Assembly (NCBI GenBank): GCA_965216315.1
Contig: CBDCFN010000016.1
Location: forward strand, 1,568,001-1,632,000
Direction of reading: 5' to 3'
DNA from: a bacterium
GTDB taxonomy: Bacteria; UBA10199; 2-02-FULL-50-16; JAJFLM01
DNA: 64,000 nucleotides
Positions 21,741-31,276 of the stretch are shown in pieces. Position 1 is the stretch's first letter. Each line of letters begins with the position of its first letter. The notes under the pieces are model-generated. The model worked only from the letters and a program-made list of their open reading frames with translations, made no database searches and was not told the origin of the DNA. The translations under genes and the position numbers were made by a program.

Positions 21741-21785
21741 AGGTTACCACTCATCAATGACAACTTAATGACATGTCAGTAACTT
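21741..21785 (-). promoter_or_regulatory. Pho-box promoter (three half sites and -10)
   Basis: Minus strand AAGTTAC-N4-ATGTCAT-N4-TTGTCAT-N10-TAACCT, matching canonical PhoB promoter geometry. Confidence 0.75.
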
Positions 21786-21804
21786 CTTTGAAAATTAAAG
21801 GATT

Positions 21805-22209
21805 TCAGCAGGCTGGCGGGCAAGTATAATGGGTCACAAATTCAAGCAACGAGGCCATCCCCATCTGCCCTTTAGGAAAGTAGGCATCGGCACCCAAACT
21901 AAGACCACGCCGAATATCCTCTTCGGTGCCTCGTGCGGACACGATGATAATAGGAATCTTTTTGAATTCAGCCGAGCTCTTGAGAAAGGCACAAAGCTCA
22001 AAACCATCGGGCGACGGCATCATGATATCGAGAATAATGCAGTCCGGCTTCTCTTCATTTGCCAAATTCCAGATTGCTTCGAGACCTGAAGTCGACGTGA
22101 TAACATTAAAGCCATATGTGCTTAAATTGTATTCCATTAATTCTAAAATATCGGGGTCATCATCGACAACGAGAACGGTTTGCTTATTTTGTTGAAATAA
22201 TTGAGTCAT
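21805..22209 (-). CDS. single-domain response regulator (receiver only)
   Basis: VLVVDDD, ILDIMMP and IIVSA motifs; no output domain. The start is 22209 or 22221. Confidence 0.88.
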   Translation of the reverse strand: MTQLFQQNKQTVLVVDDDPDILELMEYNLSTYGFNVITSTSGLEAIWNLANEEKPDCIILDIMMPSPDGFELCAFLKSSAEFKKIPIIIVSARGTEEDIRRGLSLGADAYFPKGQMGMASLLEFVTHYTCPPAC

Positions 22210-22216
22210 GAAGAGA

Positions 22217-22261
22217 CTCATAACAACGATCTGTTACATTCTGGTGACATGCACGTAATTA
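22217..22261 (-). promoter_or_regulatory. Pho-box promoter for the receiver-only gene
   Basis: Minus strand TAATTAC-N4-ATGTCAC-N4-ATGTAAC-N10-TATGAG-N7-ATG. Confidence 0.6.
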
Positions 22262-22280
22262 ATATGAAAAAAACCATACT

Positions 22281-24041
22281 CTAGCCTAGACCCAGCGTAA
22301 AAGAAAAACGTGACCCTGATCCTAATTGGCTCTCCGCATCGACTTGACCACCTTGCCCCTGCACTAAGTGCTTCACAATTGAGAGCCCTAATCCCGTGCC
22401 ACCAAGAGCGCGTGAGCGCGCCTTATCAACCCGATAGAAGCGTTCAAAAATATGGGGGAGATCCTCTTTGGGAATACCAAGCCCACTATCTTTGACTGAA
22501 ACTTCACAAAACCCATCGTCTGTCAGAGTCGAATATATGCGGATCGATCCTTTCTCTTCCGTATATTTGATGGCATTATCAATGAGATTACTGAGGATTT
22601 GGCGCAAAGCGGCAGGGTCCGCTTTGATCACCTGATCAGCTGGAACATCAATCTGAGTCTGAAGCTGTTTCTTTTCAAAACGTTCCTGAAAATCCCCCAA
22701 CACCGCCTCAATCACATCCCTTAGCTTAACGGATAACAAGGTAAGGTCACGGCGCCCCGATTCAATCTCGGAAATATCCAATATATCCTCTATTAAGTTT
22801 TGGAGTTGAGCTGCATTACTTTCAATCTTGGCTACGAAACGTTTTGCAGTACTTGCATCATCAAGGGCCCCGTTGCTTAGCGTTTCCGCAAAGCCTCTTA
22901 TACTCGTAAGTGGTGTCTTAAGCTCATGAGAAACGTTGGCCACAAACTCCTTACGAACATTTTCTAAGCGGCGCATCTCCGTCACGTCTTCCAAGACCGA
23001 TACAGACCCAACAATCGTTTCTAAACTCATTAAGGGAGCTGTCTGGACGTTGAGAAAGCGTTCTTGGGTCCCCACGAATAATTGGAGTTCTCTTACTTGT
23101 GGCCTCTTTTCTTCTAGGGTTCTCTGAACGGACTCATAAAGCTCCGTATTGCGTAATGATTCCACAATAGATTTTCCCTCTGGAGATATTTCGAGTTCGA
23201 AAATCTTAATGAGTGCCGGATTGACCATCGTTATTTCCCCTTTTTCATCCGTCACCAGGACCCCTTCGATCATACTGTCGAGAACCGCCTGCAATTGGTT
23301 TTTCTCGCTAAGTAAGGATGCGCGCTGGGCCTCCAAGTTAGCTGCCATTTCATTAATGCTCTTTGCTAGCGTTCCAAACTCATCTCGGCTCTGAGGAACG
23401 AGACGCTGACTCAGGTCACCTGCCGAAATTTGTTGGGCAACGCTTACCATCTCACTAACAGCTCGGCTCGCTCGACGTGAAATCAAGAAGCCCAATAGGG
23501 CGGCTAGAGCAAATGCCACTATAATGGCCAAAATAACCGATCTCTTAACCGCAGTTTCGGCCTTTTTGATAACTCTTAAGGGCAGTGAAACGCGCGCAAA
23601 TCCTCCTGAAACAGCTACCGCAACATACATCATATCCGTGTTAACGGTTGTCGAATAGCGTATTCGCATACCAAAAGCCTTATGAAGCGAATCTTGAACT
23701 TCCGGACGTTGCAGATGGTTCTCAATCTGAGGAAGTGCCGCCAAAGGAACACTGGAATCACCGAGTACACGCCCGTCAGCTGTAATAATCGTAATTCGGC
23801 TCTCTAGCTGACTCCCTAGCTCATCAGCCAATTGGTCTAACTGTTGGTAATCCCAGCTTCCCTTCGGGATATCTTTCAAGAGGTGGCGCACTAAAAACGC
23901 TTTTTCTTTTAGTTCGCTTTCCGTGTCTTGAATGAGAAATGAACGCAGATTTGGAACCAAATAGACATAAAGCGCAAAAAAGCTCAGCCCGATAATGACG
24001 GAAAAGGCCATAAAAAGGCGCCATAGGATTCTCGACTTCAA
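22281..24041 (-). CDS. phoR: phosphate regulon sensor kinase PhoR
   Basis: TM-sensor-HAMP-PAS layout; EFVANVSHELKTPLT, NLIDNAIKY and FYRVDKARSRALGGTGLGL motifs. Confidence 0.93.
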   Translation of the reverse strand: MKSRILWRLFMAFSVIIGLSFFALYVYLVPNLRSFLIQDTESELKEKAFLVRHLLKDIPKGSWDYQQLDQLADELGSQLESRITIITADGRVLGDSSVPLAALPQIENHLQRPEVQDSLHKAFGMRIRYSTTVNTDMMYVAVAVSGGFARVSLPLRVIKKAETAVKRSVILAIIVAFALAALLGFLISRRASRAVSEMVSVAQQISAGDLSQRLVPQSRDEFGTLAKSINEMAANLEAQRASLLSEKNQLQAVLDSMIEGVLVTDEKGEITMVNPALIKIFELEISPEGKSIVESLRNTELYESVQRTLEEKRPQVRELQLFVGTQERFLNVQTAPLMSLETIVGSVSVLEDVTEMRRLENVRKEFVANVSHELKTPLTSIRGFAETLSNGALDDASTAKRFVAKIESNAAQLQNLIEDILDISEIESGRRDLTLLSVKLRDVIEAVLGDFQERFEKKQLQTQIDVPADQVIKADPAALRQILSNLIDNAIKYTEEKGSIRIYSTLTDDGFCEVSVKDSGLGIPKEDLPHIFERFYRVDKARSRALGGTGLGLSIVKHLVQGQGGQVDAESQLGSGSRFSFTLGLG

Positions 24042-24736
24042 GATGCCTCCAAGCTCTCCCTAAAGCGATAGCCAACTCCACGCACTGTTTCAATATACGC
24101 ACCGGCGTCTCCCAGCTTCTCTCTGAGCCGCTTGATGTGAGTATCGACCGTCCGTGTCGTTAAGATCGCATCATAACCCCAGACTTGATCGAGAAGCATA
24201 TCCCTGCTCGCAACCCGACCCTGTGACTGATAAAGATATTGGAGCAAACGAAATTCTAGAGCCGTCATCTTTATATCGCTGTTACCAACACTAACTTTAA
24301 ACTTTTGAGGATCCACTGTAAGTATTCCGAACTGAAAAATTTTATTAACCTCTTCATTTTTCCGTGCCGACCCTGCCCGTCTTAGAATCGCCCTCACTCT
24401 CAGGATGAGCTCCCTCGTACTGAACGGCTTAGTAATATAATCATCGGCTCCAACTTCGAAGCCCACAATACGGTCGACTTCTTCACTCTTAGCCGTCAGC
24501 ATTATTATAGGGATATGCTTGGTTTTTTCTGTGGTTTTAAGATTGCGGCAGACTTCCAGTCCGTCCATATCAGGTAACATCAAGTCCAGTATTATGAGCT
24601 CTGGATTCATCTCCTGAGCCATTACTAGACCGGCCTTACCATTCTCACAAATTGTAACGTTAAATTTTTCTTGCTGGAGATTAAACTCGAGTAGCTCTGC
24701 TATATCTCTATCGTCTTCAATAGCTAAAATTTTCAT
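24038..24736 (-). CDS. phoB: OmpR-family response regulator PhoB
   Basis: Receiver plus winged helix (RTVDTHIKRLREKL, IETVRGVGY); coupled to phoR within the pst locus. Confidence 0.92.
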   Translation of the reverse strand: MKILAIEDDRDIAELLEFNLQQEKFNVTICENGKAGLVMAQEMNPELIILDLMLPDMDGLEVCRNLKTTEKTKHIPIIMLTAKSEEVDRIVGFEVGADDYITKPFSTRELILRVRAILRRAGSARKNEEVNKIFQFGILTVDPQKFKVSVGNSDIKMTALEFRLLQYLYQSQGRVASRDMLLDQVWGYDAILTTRTVDTHIKRLREKLGDAGAYIETVRGVGYRFRESLEAS

Positions 24737-24745
24737 ATAACATCG

Positions 24746-25420
24746 TTATTTGGCCCGAATCTCATCAAAAAAATCTATTTTTGTCACCGGCATGAAGATA
24801 CTCGTCGCTATATTGGCAAGATGGGCCAAGCTCCTTTTATAATATCGTGATAATACGGCATAGGCGACATGGTCTCCTCCTTGCTGAGCCAGCAAAAGGT
24901 CTTTGAGATTATCATCACAGAGCCTTTGCGCCTGATAAGATTGTTCAACCAATTCTTTGGCCTTGCCTGCATCTGAGTCACGGTAGGCTTCTATCACTCC
25001 TTTAAATAGGGAAGCAACACTGTCACTTATTTGTAACAATCGCCCATAAAACGGCTCTTCCTTCTCTATCTTGTTTTTGATCTCCACTACCTGATAAATA
25101 TTTTTCACGTAGTCGCCTACTCTTTCGGCATCCTTTGAAATACTCATTAATATCAGACATGAAGCGATGGGACCTTCACTACCCGATGCGACTAATTGAC
25201 TGACTATTTTGCGCCGAATCGTCTGCTCCAACATATTCAATTTGGCATCCCTCTTATAAAGAGTCTTCTTAAGATCTTCAACTTCCTTTCCTTCCAGAAT
25301 CACCCCTGTAATCGTGTTATACATATCCTGGCCAATATGAAGCATCTCCTGAAAGTCATTAGCGATTTCATCAATGAGGGTCTCTTCACCTTTCCAGACC
25401 TCAATCAGTTGTTTAAACAT
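24746..25420 (-). CDS. PhoU-domain protein
   Basis: EQTIRRKI, ISKDAERVGDYVKNI and R-x-LAHLANIA motifs. Confidence 0.85.
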   Translation of the reverse strand: MFKQLIEVWKGEETLIDEIANDFQEMLHIGQDMYNTITGVILEGKEVEDLKKTLYKRDAKLNMLEQTIRRKIVSQLVASGSEGPIASCLILMSISKDAERVGDYVKNIYQVVEIKNKIEKEEPFYGRLLQISDSVASLFKGVIEAYRDSDAGKAKELVEQSYQAQRLCDDNLKDLLLAQQGGDHVAYAVLSRYYKRSLAHLANIATSIFMPVTKIDFFDEIRAK

Positions 25421-25450
25421 GAGAAGACCTCCTAGATCTTAGTCTCTCCC

Positions 25451-26581
25451 CTAGAATGCCTTGGAAATCAGCATAACGCTAAAGGGAATAATGAAAAATA
25501 CCATTAATACAAAGATAACCGCAACCCGACGTTTCTCAAGCACACAGCCCCCCATCCAACGAGCCATCTTTAGGGGGATTTCCCTGATTGGCTTGAAAGG
25601 ATAAATGACGATGATTCCTGAAATATTAAAAAGGAGATGGACTAACGCAATCGTCAATCCTGCTTGAGTTCCCGTCAGGGCTGCCAACAAAGCCGTAACA
25701 GTTGTCCCGATATTGGCACCTAGAGTAATCGGAAAAGCCGTCTCCAGGGTGATAATCCCCCCGCCTAGCAGCGGGACAAGGAGTGATGTGGTGATCGAAC
25801 TGGATTGAACGGACACAGTTATCAGGATCCCAATCAACATCGTGATAATCGCACTTTTCGACAACGCTTTATCTAAGATATGGACGACACGCCCAATCAT
25901 AATCTTTTTAAGAAGTTTAACTAATCCGAAGAGACATAAGAATATCAACACGCAAGAGAGGATTATCAGCAGAACACCCTCAACCGTCCCAGAAAACGGG
26001 AGGCCTTCTATGACTAGCTTCTTGATATCCTTTGTCACATGACCGACGACGACCTTAATAGGACTCTTATATTTGAGCCCCCCTAGCCCATAGAACATCG
26101 CCGACAAGAAAGACGCTGATTTCTCTAAATAGCCTGTCATCAGCTCCAGGGGCAGAAAAATAGCAACCGCAATGAGATTGAAAAAGTCATGAATGGTGGC
26201 CCCACTAAAGGCGCGTCTAAATTCCTCGCGCTGAGAGACGTGCCCAAAAGAGACCAGTGAATTCGTCACTGTCGTACCAATATTCGCACCCATAATAATA
26301 GGAACCGCATTACCAACCGAGAGAATCCCGCCCGAAACAAGACCCACGACGAGTGACGTCGTGACGGAAGAGCTTTGCACCAGGACTGTCGCCAACACTC
26401 CGACAAACAGACCCGTGAAAGGATTCATATTGGCCGTGATCAGGGTATCTACAAAGTCTTTACCGAGTAGTTTAAAGGAAGATCCCAATAATTTAATCGC
26501 GACGAGGAAAACGAATAGGAGCGCGAGGACACCGACACCTCGAAGAACCGGCTTTAATATGGAATAACCTGCGTGCGGCAT
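25451..26581 (-). CDS. Na+/phosphate cotransporter (NptA family)
   Basis: Two QSSS...GANIGTT repeats. The start is uncertain; the ORF extends to 26659. Confidence 0.9.
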   Translation of the reverse strand: MPHAGYSILKPVLRGVGVLALLFVFLVAIKLLGSSFKLLGKDFVDTLITANMNPFTGLFVGVLATVLVQSSSVTTSLVVGLVSGGILSVGNAVPIIMGANIGTTVTNSLVSFGHVSQREEFRRAFSGATIHDFFNLIAVAIFLPLELMTGYLEKSASFLSAMFYGLGGLKYKSPIKVVVGHVTKDIKKLVIEGLPFSGTVEGVLLIILSCVLIFLCLFGLVKLLKKIMIGRVVHILDKALSKSAIITMLIGILITVSVQSSSITTSLLVPLLGGGIITLETAFPITLGANIGTTVTALLAALTGTQAGLTIALVHLLFNISGIIVIYPFKPIREIPLKMARWMGGCVLEKRRVAVIFVLMVFFIIPFSVMLISKAF

Positions 26582-26604
26582 GAGATGGGCGGCGAGTAGC
26601 ATGT

Positions 26605-26622
26605 GTGCCATTGAGGTGACAA
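26605..26622 (-). promoter_or_regulatory. possible Pho box upstream of the Na/Pi-phoU-phoBR unit
   Basis: TTGTCAC-CTCA-ATGGCAC with 11-bp period. Confidence 0.4.
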
Positions 26623-26683
26623 GTAGAAAATGGTAAATATTTCCTTTACTTATAACCATCCGTCCTTAATAGTTACACATTCC

Positions 26684-28066
26684 GTGCTGCAAGATATCGA
26701 CGCCCCACGCATTCTCAAAAAAGCCCTCAAAAACGGGGGCGATTATGCGGAAATCTACTTCGAAAATACCCACACCACCCAGATTATTGCCGAACAAGGT
26801 CGCATCGAGAAAGCCGTCGGCGGGCTCGATCAGGGAATAGGCATCCGGGTCCTCTATGGGGGCAAAACGGCCTATGCCTATACCACTGATCTCCGGCAAA
26901 AAGGCCTCGAGGAGCTTGCTGAGACGGTCGCTACAGCCGTCAAAGGGGATTCATTCAACAAAGATATTATACTCGCGGCCCAAGAAGCCCGTATCACCCA
27001 GTTGATCACAGATCCGCCTTCCAATCATGGCATCCCTGACAAGGTGGCGTTCGTCCGGCAGGCCGACAAGGTCGCGTGGGCTCAAGATAAACAGATTCAG
27101 CAAGTTAAGGTTGTCTATGGCGATATGGATAAAAAGGTAGAAATCGCTAATTCCTTAGGCGAGCTCATTTCAGATGATAGAACGTATGCCCTCTTCTTTG
27201 TGCAAGCGGTCGCTGTCGCCGGCGATGTCATGCAGACCGGCTACCACCCGGAAGGAGGGTTGGTCGGCCTGGAAATTCTGGAGCAACACCCCCCGGAAGA
27301 AATCGCTAAAAAGGCCGTTGAGCAGGCCCTGCTCATGTTAAAAGCGCGGCCGGCGCCGGGAGGAAGAATGCCCGTTGTGATTTCTTCCGAGGCGGGAGGC
27401 ACGATGATCCATGAAGCCGTCGGTCATGGACTCGAAGCCGACCTCGCCTGCGAAGGCATGTCGGTCTATCACGACCAAATAGGCCAACAAGTCGCCGCTG
27501 ACATTGTAACCGTTATTGACGATGCCACGATTCCACAAAAACGAGGTTCCTTTTCCTTCGATGACGAAGGAGTCCCAGCAGAGCGAACGATTCTTATCGA
27601 GAATGGCATCCTCAAAACCTACATGTTTGATCGTCGTTATGCCCTGCAGTCAGGAACAGCCTCGACAGGCAATGGCCGCCGCGAATCGTTTCGATGCCGC
27701 CCCATTTGTCGCATGACGAATACCATGATCGCCCCGGGTAAAGATGACCCCGAAGAAACGGTTCGCAGCACCGAAAAAGGCCTCTTTGTCCGCAAAATGG
27801 GCGGCGGCCAGGTCGATACCGTCAATGGCAACTTCGTCTTCGAAATCAATGAGGCCTACCTCATCGATAAAGGAAAATTAGGAGACCCGGTCCGTGGTGC
27901 CGTCCTGACGGGAACCGGCCCTCACGTCATCCAGAGTGTCGACCGCGTCTGTAATGATCTGGGCTTTTCGCTGGGAACGTGCGGCAAAGAAAGCCAAGGC
28001 GTTCCCGTCGGCGATGCCCAGCCAACGATTCGCATTCCGGAATTAACTGTCGGTGGCACTTCTTAA
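26684..28066 (+). CDS. tldD: TldD metalloprotease
   Basis: GIGIRV, HEAVGHGLEAD, STGNGRRES, RMTNT and GTCGK-x-x-Q motifs; GTG start assumed. Confidence 0.93.
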   Translation: MLQDIDAPRILKKALKNGGDYAEIYFENTHTTQIIAEQGRIEKAVGGLDQGIGIRVLYGGKTAYAYTTDLRQKGLEELAETVATAVKGDSFNKDIILAAQEARITQLITDPPSNHGIPDKVAFVRQADKVAWAQDKQIQQVKVVYGDMDKKVEIANSLGELISDDRTYALFFVQAVAVAGDVMQTGYHPEGGLVGLEILEQHPPEEIAKKAVEQALLMLKARPAPGGRMPVVISSEAGGTMIHEAVGHGLEADLACEGMSVYHDQIGQQVAADIVTVIDDATIPQKRGSFSFDDEGVPAERTILIENGILKTYMFDRRYALQSGTASTGNGRRESFRCRPICRMTNTMIAPGKDDPEETVRSTEKGLFVRKMGGGQVDTVNGNFVFEINEAYLIDKGKLGDPVRGAVLTGTGPHVIQSVDRVCNDLGFSLGTCGKESQGVPVGDAQPTIRIPELTVGGTS

Positions 28067-28705
28067 TTCAACCCACGAGATATTACGTCCCGCTTTTTTA
28101 CCATCGCGACGATAAGAATGGAATAACTCCTCCCGTTCATAGGTACAGAGTTCAATCAGATCAATGTTTTCAGCGAGGAGCCCCGCCTCCAATAGCGCCG
28201 ATTTATTGGCCGCAATGAGATCCAGTAGAAACTTGCCATTGCCTTTACTCGCCTTGAAGAGTTGATCGAAATGTTTACCCACATCTTCACCGACCTCGTA
28301 ATGGCGCATGGAAATACAAGGACCAATCGCCACCCGCATTAACTTTGGATCAGCGCCCTTTTCCTCCTGCATCTTCGTGACGACCTTGGCGGCAATGCCA
28401 GCAACCGTTCCTCGCCAACCGGCATGGACCGCCGCAATGTAGCCAATATCCGCTGCACTCATCAGGATGGGAACACAATCCGCTGTACGAATGGCAATAG
28501 GCTGGTTCTTTATATTCGTCATCACCGCGTCCGCCTCTATTGTCTCGGTCGCCGGCAAAACCTCGTAAGTCGTCAGATCGATGATCTGATCGGAATGGAC
28601 CTGTTTGCATCGCCATGGTGCCGGATCGGTTGGTAGAATTGAATCCTTCGTACCAAAACCGTGTTGGATATTGGAAATCTGATTTAATAATTGAGAATAA
28701 ATCAT
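28043..28705 (-). CDS. pgeF: peptidoglycan editing factor PgeF (YfiH)
   Basis: QVHS, TADCVPI, HAGWRG, GPCI and SYRR motifs. Confidence 0.93.
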   Translation of the reverse strand: MIYSQLLNQISNIQHGFGTKDSILPTDPAPWRCKQVHSDQIIDLTTYEVLPATETIEADAVMTNIKNQPIAIRTADCVPILMSAADIGYIAAVHAGWRGTVAGIAAKVVTKMQEEKGADPKLMRVAIGPCISMRHYEVGEDVGKHFDQLFKASKGNGKFLLDLIAANKSALLEAGLLAENIDLIELCTYEREELFHSYRRDGKKAGRNISWVELRSATDS

Positions 28706-28706
28706 G

Positions 28707-29672
28707 TTAAATTGATTTCAATAATTTCAACAGGTCCACCAAGTCAGCCGGTAACGGTGCCTCAAAGTGCATTTTTTCACCCGACTGCGGCTGATTAAAC
28801 TCCAATAATGCTGCATGCAACGCGGGACGCTCCAATTGTTTCAGCGCACTGCGCACGAACTCCGGCAAGGATTTACGCGTATCACGATTACCCCCGTAGG
28901 TCTTATCCCCCACAATGGGATGGCCCGCTTCAGACAAGTGCACGCGGATTTGATGAGTCCGTCCTGTTTGCAATATCACTCGTACACTCGAAAATAAGCC
29001 TCCGAAGGAATTTTCAACACTATACTCCGTAAGTGCGCGCTTGCCCGAACTCACGCTGGCTATTTTTTGTCGCTGCCGGGGATGACGGCCTAAATGCGAT
29101 TCAAAGGTACCACTCAATGGGGATAAAATCCCATGCACGAGCGCCCAATATTCTTTATAGACTTCTCTCGCTTTAAACTGATTCACTAAATTAAGTCTTG
29201 CACTCTCGGTCTTAGCAGCAACAAGAACCCCTGAGGTTCCTTTATCAAGTCGGTGAACAATCCCGGGACGGTCCGATCCCCCTACGCTGGCAATGGCAGG
29301 AAAATGGTAAAGCAAGGCATTGACTAAAGTTCCACTCGCATGCCCCGCCGCCGGATGAACCACCAGACCCGACGGCTTATTAATAACGATAACGTCATCA
29401 TCTTCGTAGAGAACATCAAGTGGTAACGCTTCCGCGACAAGCTCACTGCTTTTAGCTGCGGGGAGCTGGATTACGACCCTATCCCCCGCCTCTACGTTGT
29501 AACTCGGCCCGACGACCTCACCATTAACCTGAACGCCATCGGCCACAATGATCTTTTGAATCGCACTCCGAGATAAATCTTCAAGATTGGCCGCAAGATA
29601 GCGATCGAGCCGTTGTTTGCTTTCGCTCGCTTCAATTTCGAATTGGAGTAGACGCGTAGACTCGCTTCTCAT
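28707..29672 (-). CDS. rluD: RluA/RluD-family pseudouridine synthase
   Basis: S4 domain; NKPSGLVVHP, GIVHRLDKGTSG and TGRTHQIRVH motifs; adjacent to pgeF. Confidence 0.92.
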   Translation of the reverse strand: MRSESTRLLQFEIEASESKQRLDRYLAANLEDLSRSAIQKIIVADGVQVNGEVVGPSYNVEAGDRVVIQLPAAKSSELVAEALPLDVLYEDDDVIVINKPSGLVVHPAAGHASGTLVNALLYHFPAIASVGGSDRPGIVHRLDKGTSGVLVAAKTESARLNLVNQFKAREVYKEYWALVHGILSPLSGTFESHLGRHPRQRQKIASVSSGKRALTEYSVENSFGGLFSSVRVILQTGRTHQIRVHLSEAGHPIVGDKTYGGNRDTRKSLPEFVRSALKQLERPALHAALLEFNQPQSGEKMHFEAPLPADLVDLLKLLKSI

Positions 29673-30268
29673 TCCTGATCTAATTCAATATTCCAATAGG
29701 CAAAGTCAACGTGATTGAGAAACGGCAGCCACTCGCGATAGTGACCGTTTTTACGGGTATAGATACTCAGCGGCGTCCACCGTGGACGTTGCGGTAGGCG
29801 TATCAATTTCATACCGACTTCTTTGAGTAAATGCATTCCTTTGCGCCGATTGCATGAGAAGCAACTTGTAACAATATTATCCCAACAGGTGAGACCGCCA
29901 CGTGAGCGTGGAACTACGTGATCAAGATTGAGCTCCTTGCGGGGCAACTGCTTACCACAATATTGACACATATTGTGGTCTCTCAGGTAGATATTATGGC
30001 GTGAAAACCGAACCTGTCGTTTAGGGATACGGTCATAGGCCTGTAATAAAACGACACGGGGCACTCGAATGGCGCGATCAACCAGTCCAATCGACTCATG
30101 GTGTTCCTGAACCGACAAATCCGCCCAACTCTGATAATCAAAGGTCGCATACTGCTCATCAACGGCCCGCGCAATATCTTGATAGAGCATGGCAAATGCC
30201 CGTCGCACCGTAGTGATATCAACAGCAAGATAACTGTGATTGAGTACGAGTACGTTCGTATTGAGCAT
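29669..30268 (-). CDS. HNH endonuclease
   Basis: VLVLN, RD-x-x-x-CQYCG, DHVVPRSRGG and WDNIVTSCFSCN motifs. Confidence 0.92.
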   Translation of the reverse strand: MLNTNVLVLNHSYLAVDITTVRRAFAMLYQDIARAVDEQYATFDYQSWADLSVQEHHESIGLVDRAIRVPRVVLLQAYDRIPKRQVRFSRHNIYLRDHNMCQYCGKQLPRKELNLDHVVPRSRGGLTCWDNIVTSCFSCNRRKGMHLLKEVGMKLIRLPQRPRWTPLSIYTRKNGHYREWLPFLNHVDFAYWNIELDQE

Positions 30269-30349
30269 AAGAAGACTCCGTCTTCTTAAAAGTGCCTCAT
30301 TTAACCGCTAACAGCAAGGGCAAATCTAATTCGTAACGCGCAACGTCAT

Positions 30350-31276
30350 TCAGGTTTCCAACTGGAGAGAACCAATAAGCGCGTTTATATCCGAAATGTC
30401 TTCTTTAAGGAGATATTGCTCCAATTCAGCAACAAGTCGATAACATACCTGAGGATCAACAAAATTCGCTGTTCCGATTTGTACAGCCCGCGCGCCGACA
30501 ATCAAAAAGCGTAGTACATCGTTAAGGTCCATGATGCCACCGATGCCAATAACGGGAATCTTCACGGCCTTCACGGCCTCCCAGACCATGCGTAAGGCAA
30601 TCGGACGAATCGCCGGCCCCGACAATCCCCCCGTGATACGGGACAGGACGGGACGCTTGCTCACGACATCAACTTCCATGCCGGGTATCGTATTGATAAC
30701 TGACAGACTGTCGGCTCCTGCCGCTTCCATCGCCTTTGCCATTTCAGGAATCGATGGGGCGCTCGGTGATAACTTGACCATTACCGGGATTGTCGCCACT
30801 TGCTTGACGGCTTTAACCAGATCTGACGAGAGCTGTGGATCGACACCAAATTCCATCCCCCCCTTTTTGACATTGGGGCAAGAGACATTGAGTTCGAGGG
30901 CACTAATCCCATCGGCCTTTTCAAGCCTCTCCGCAAGCAATACGTAGTCATCAAAAGTTTCACCGAACACATTGGCGATAACCGTTGCCCCCGCCTTCCG
31001 CATAAACGGCAGTTTCTCTTCAATGAAACGGTCGATACCGACATTCTGAAGGCCGATACTGTTGAGCATACCGGCCGGTGTCTCTGCCAAACGCGGCATC
31101 GGATTCCCTTCACGCGGTTTGAGGCTAAGGCCCTTGGTACACACCGCACCTAATGAAGAGATATCGTAGAGTTCCTGAAATTCCTCTCCGTAGCCATAGG
31201 TTCCCGAGGCCGAAATGATCGGGTTCTTGATGATCACATTGCCAATGTCGACTTGAAGATTCGGTTTATTCGTCAT
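30350..31276 (-). CDS. pyrD: dihydroorotate dehydrogenase 1B catalytic subunit
   Basis: ASGT, NSIGLQN, ELNVSCPNV and GGLSGPAI motifs. Confidence 0.96.
   Translation of the reverse strand: MTNKPNLQVDIGNVIIKNPIISASGTYGYGEEFQELYDISSLGAVCTKGLSLKPREGNPMPRLAETPAGMLNSIGLQNVGIDRFIEEKLPFMRKAGATVIANVFGETFDDYVLLAERLEKADGISALELNVSCPNVKKGGMEFGVDPQLSSDLVKAVKQVATIPVMVKLSPSAPSIPEMAKAMEAAGADSLSVINTIPGMEVDVVSKRPVLSRITGGLSGPAIRPIALRMVWEAVKAVKIPVIGIGGIMDLNDVLRFLIVGARAVQIGTANFVDPQVCYRLVAELEQYLLKEDISDINALIGSLQLET

Noticed and set aside
21415..21750. 111-aa ORF in the track
   Set aside because: Its start overlaps the predicted -10, it has no RBS and it runs through the Pho boxes. Two RBS-led small ORFs in other frames explain the region better.
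29669..30268. HNH nuclease as a defence or mobile element
   Set aside because: It is a stand-alone small HNH embedded in a housekeeping run (coupled to rluD), with no methylase, repeats or element ends.
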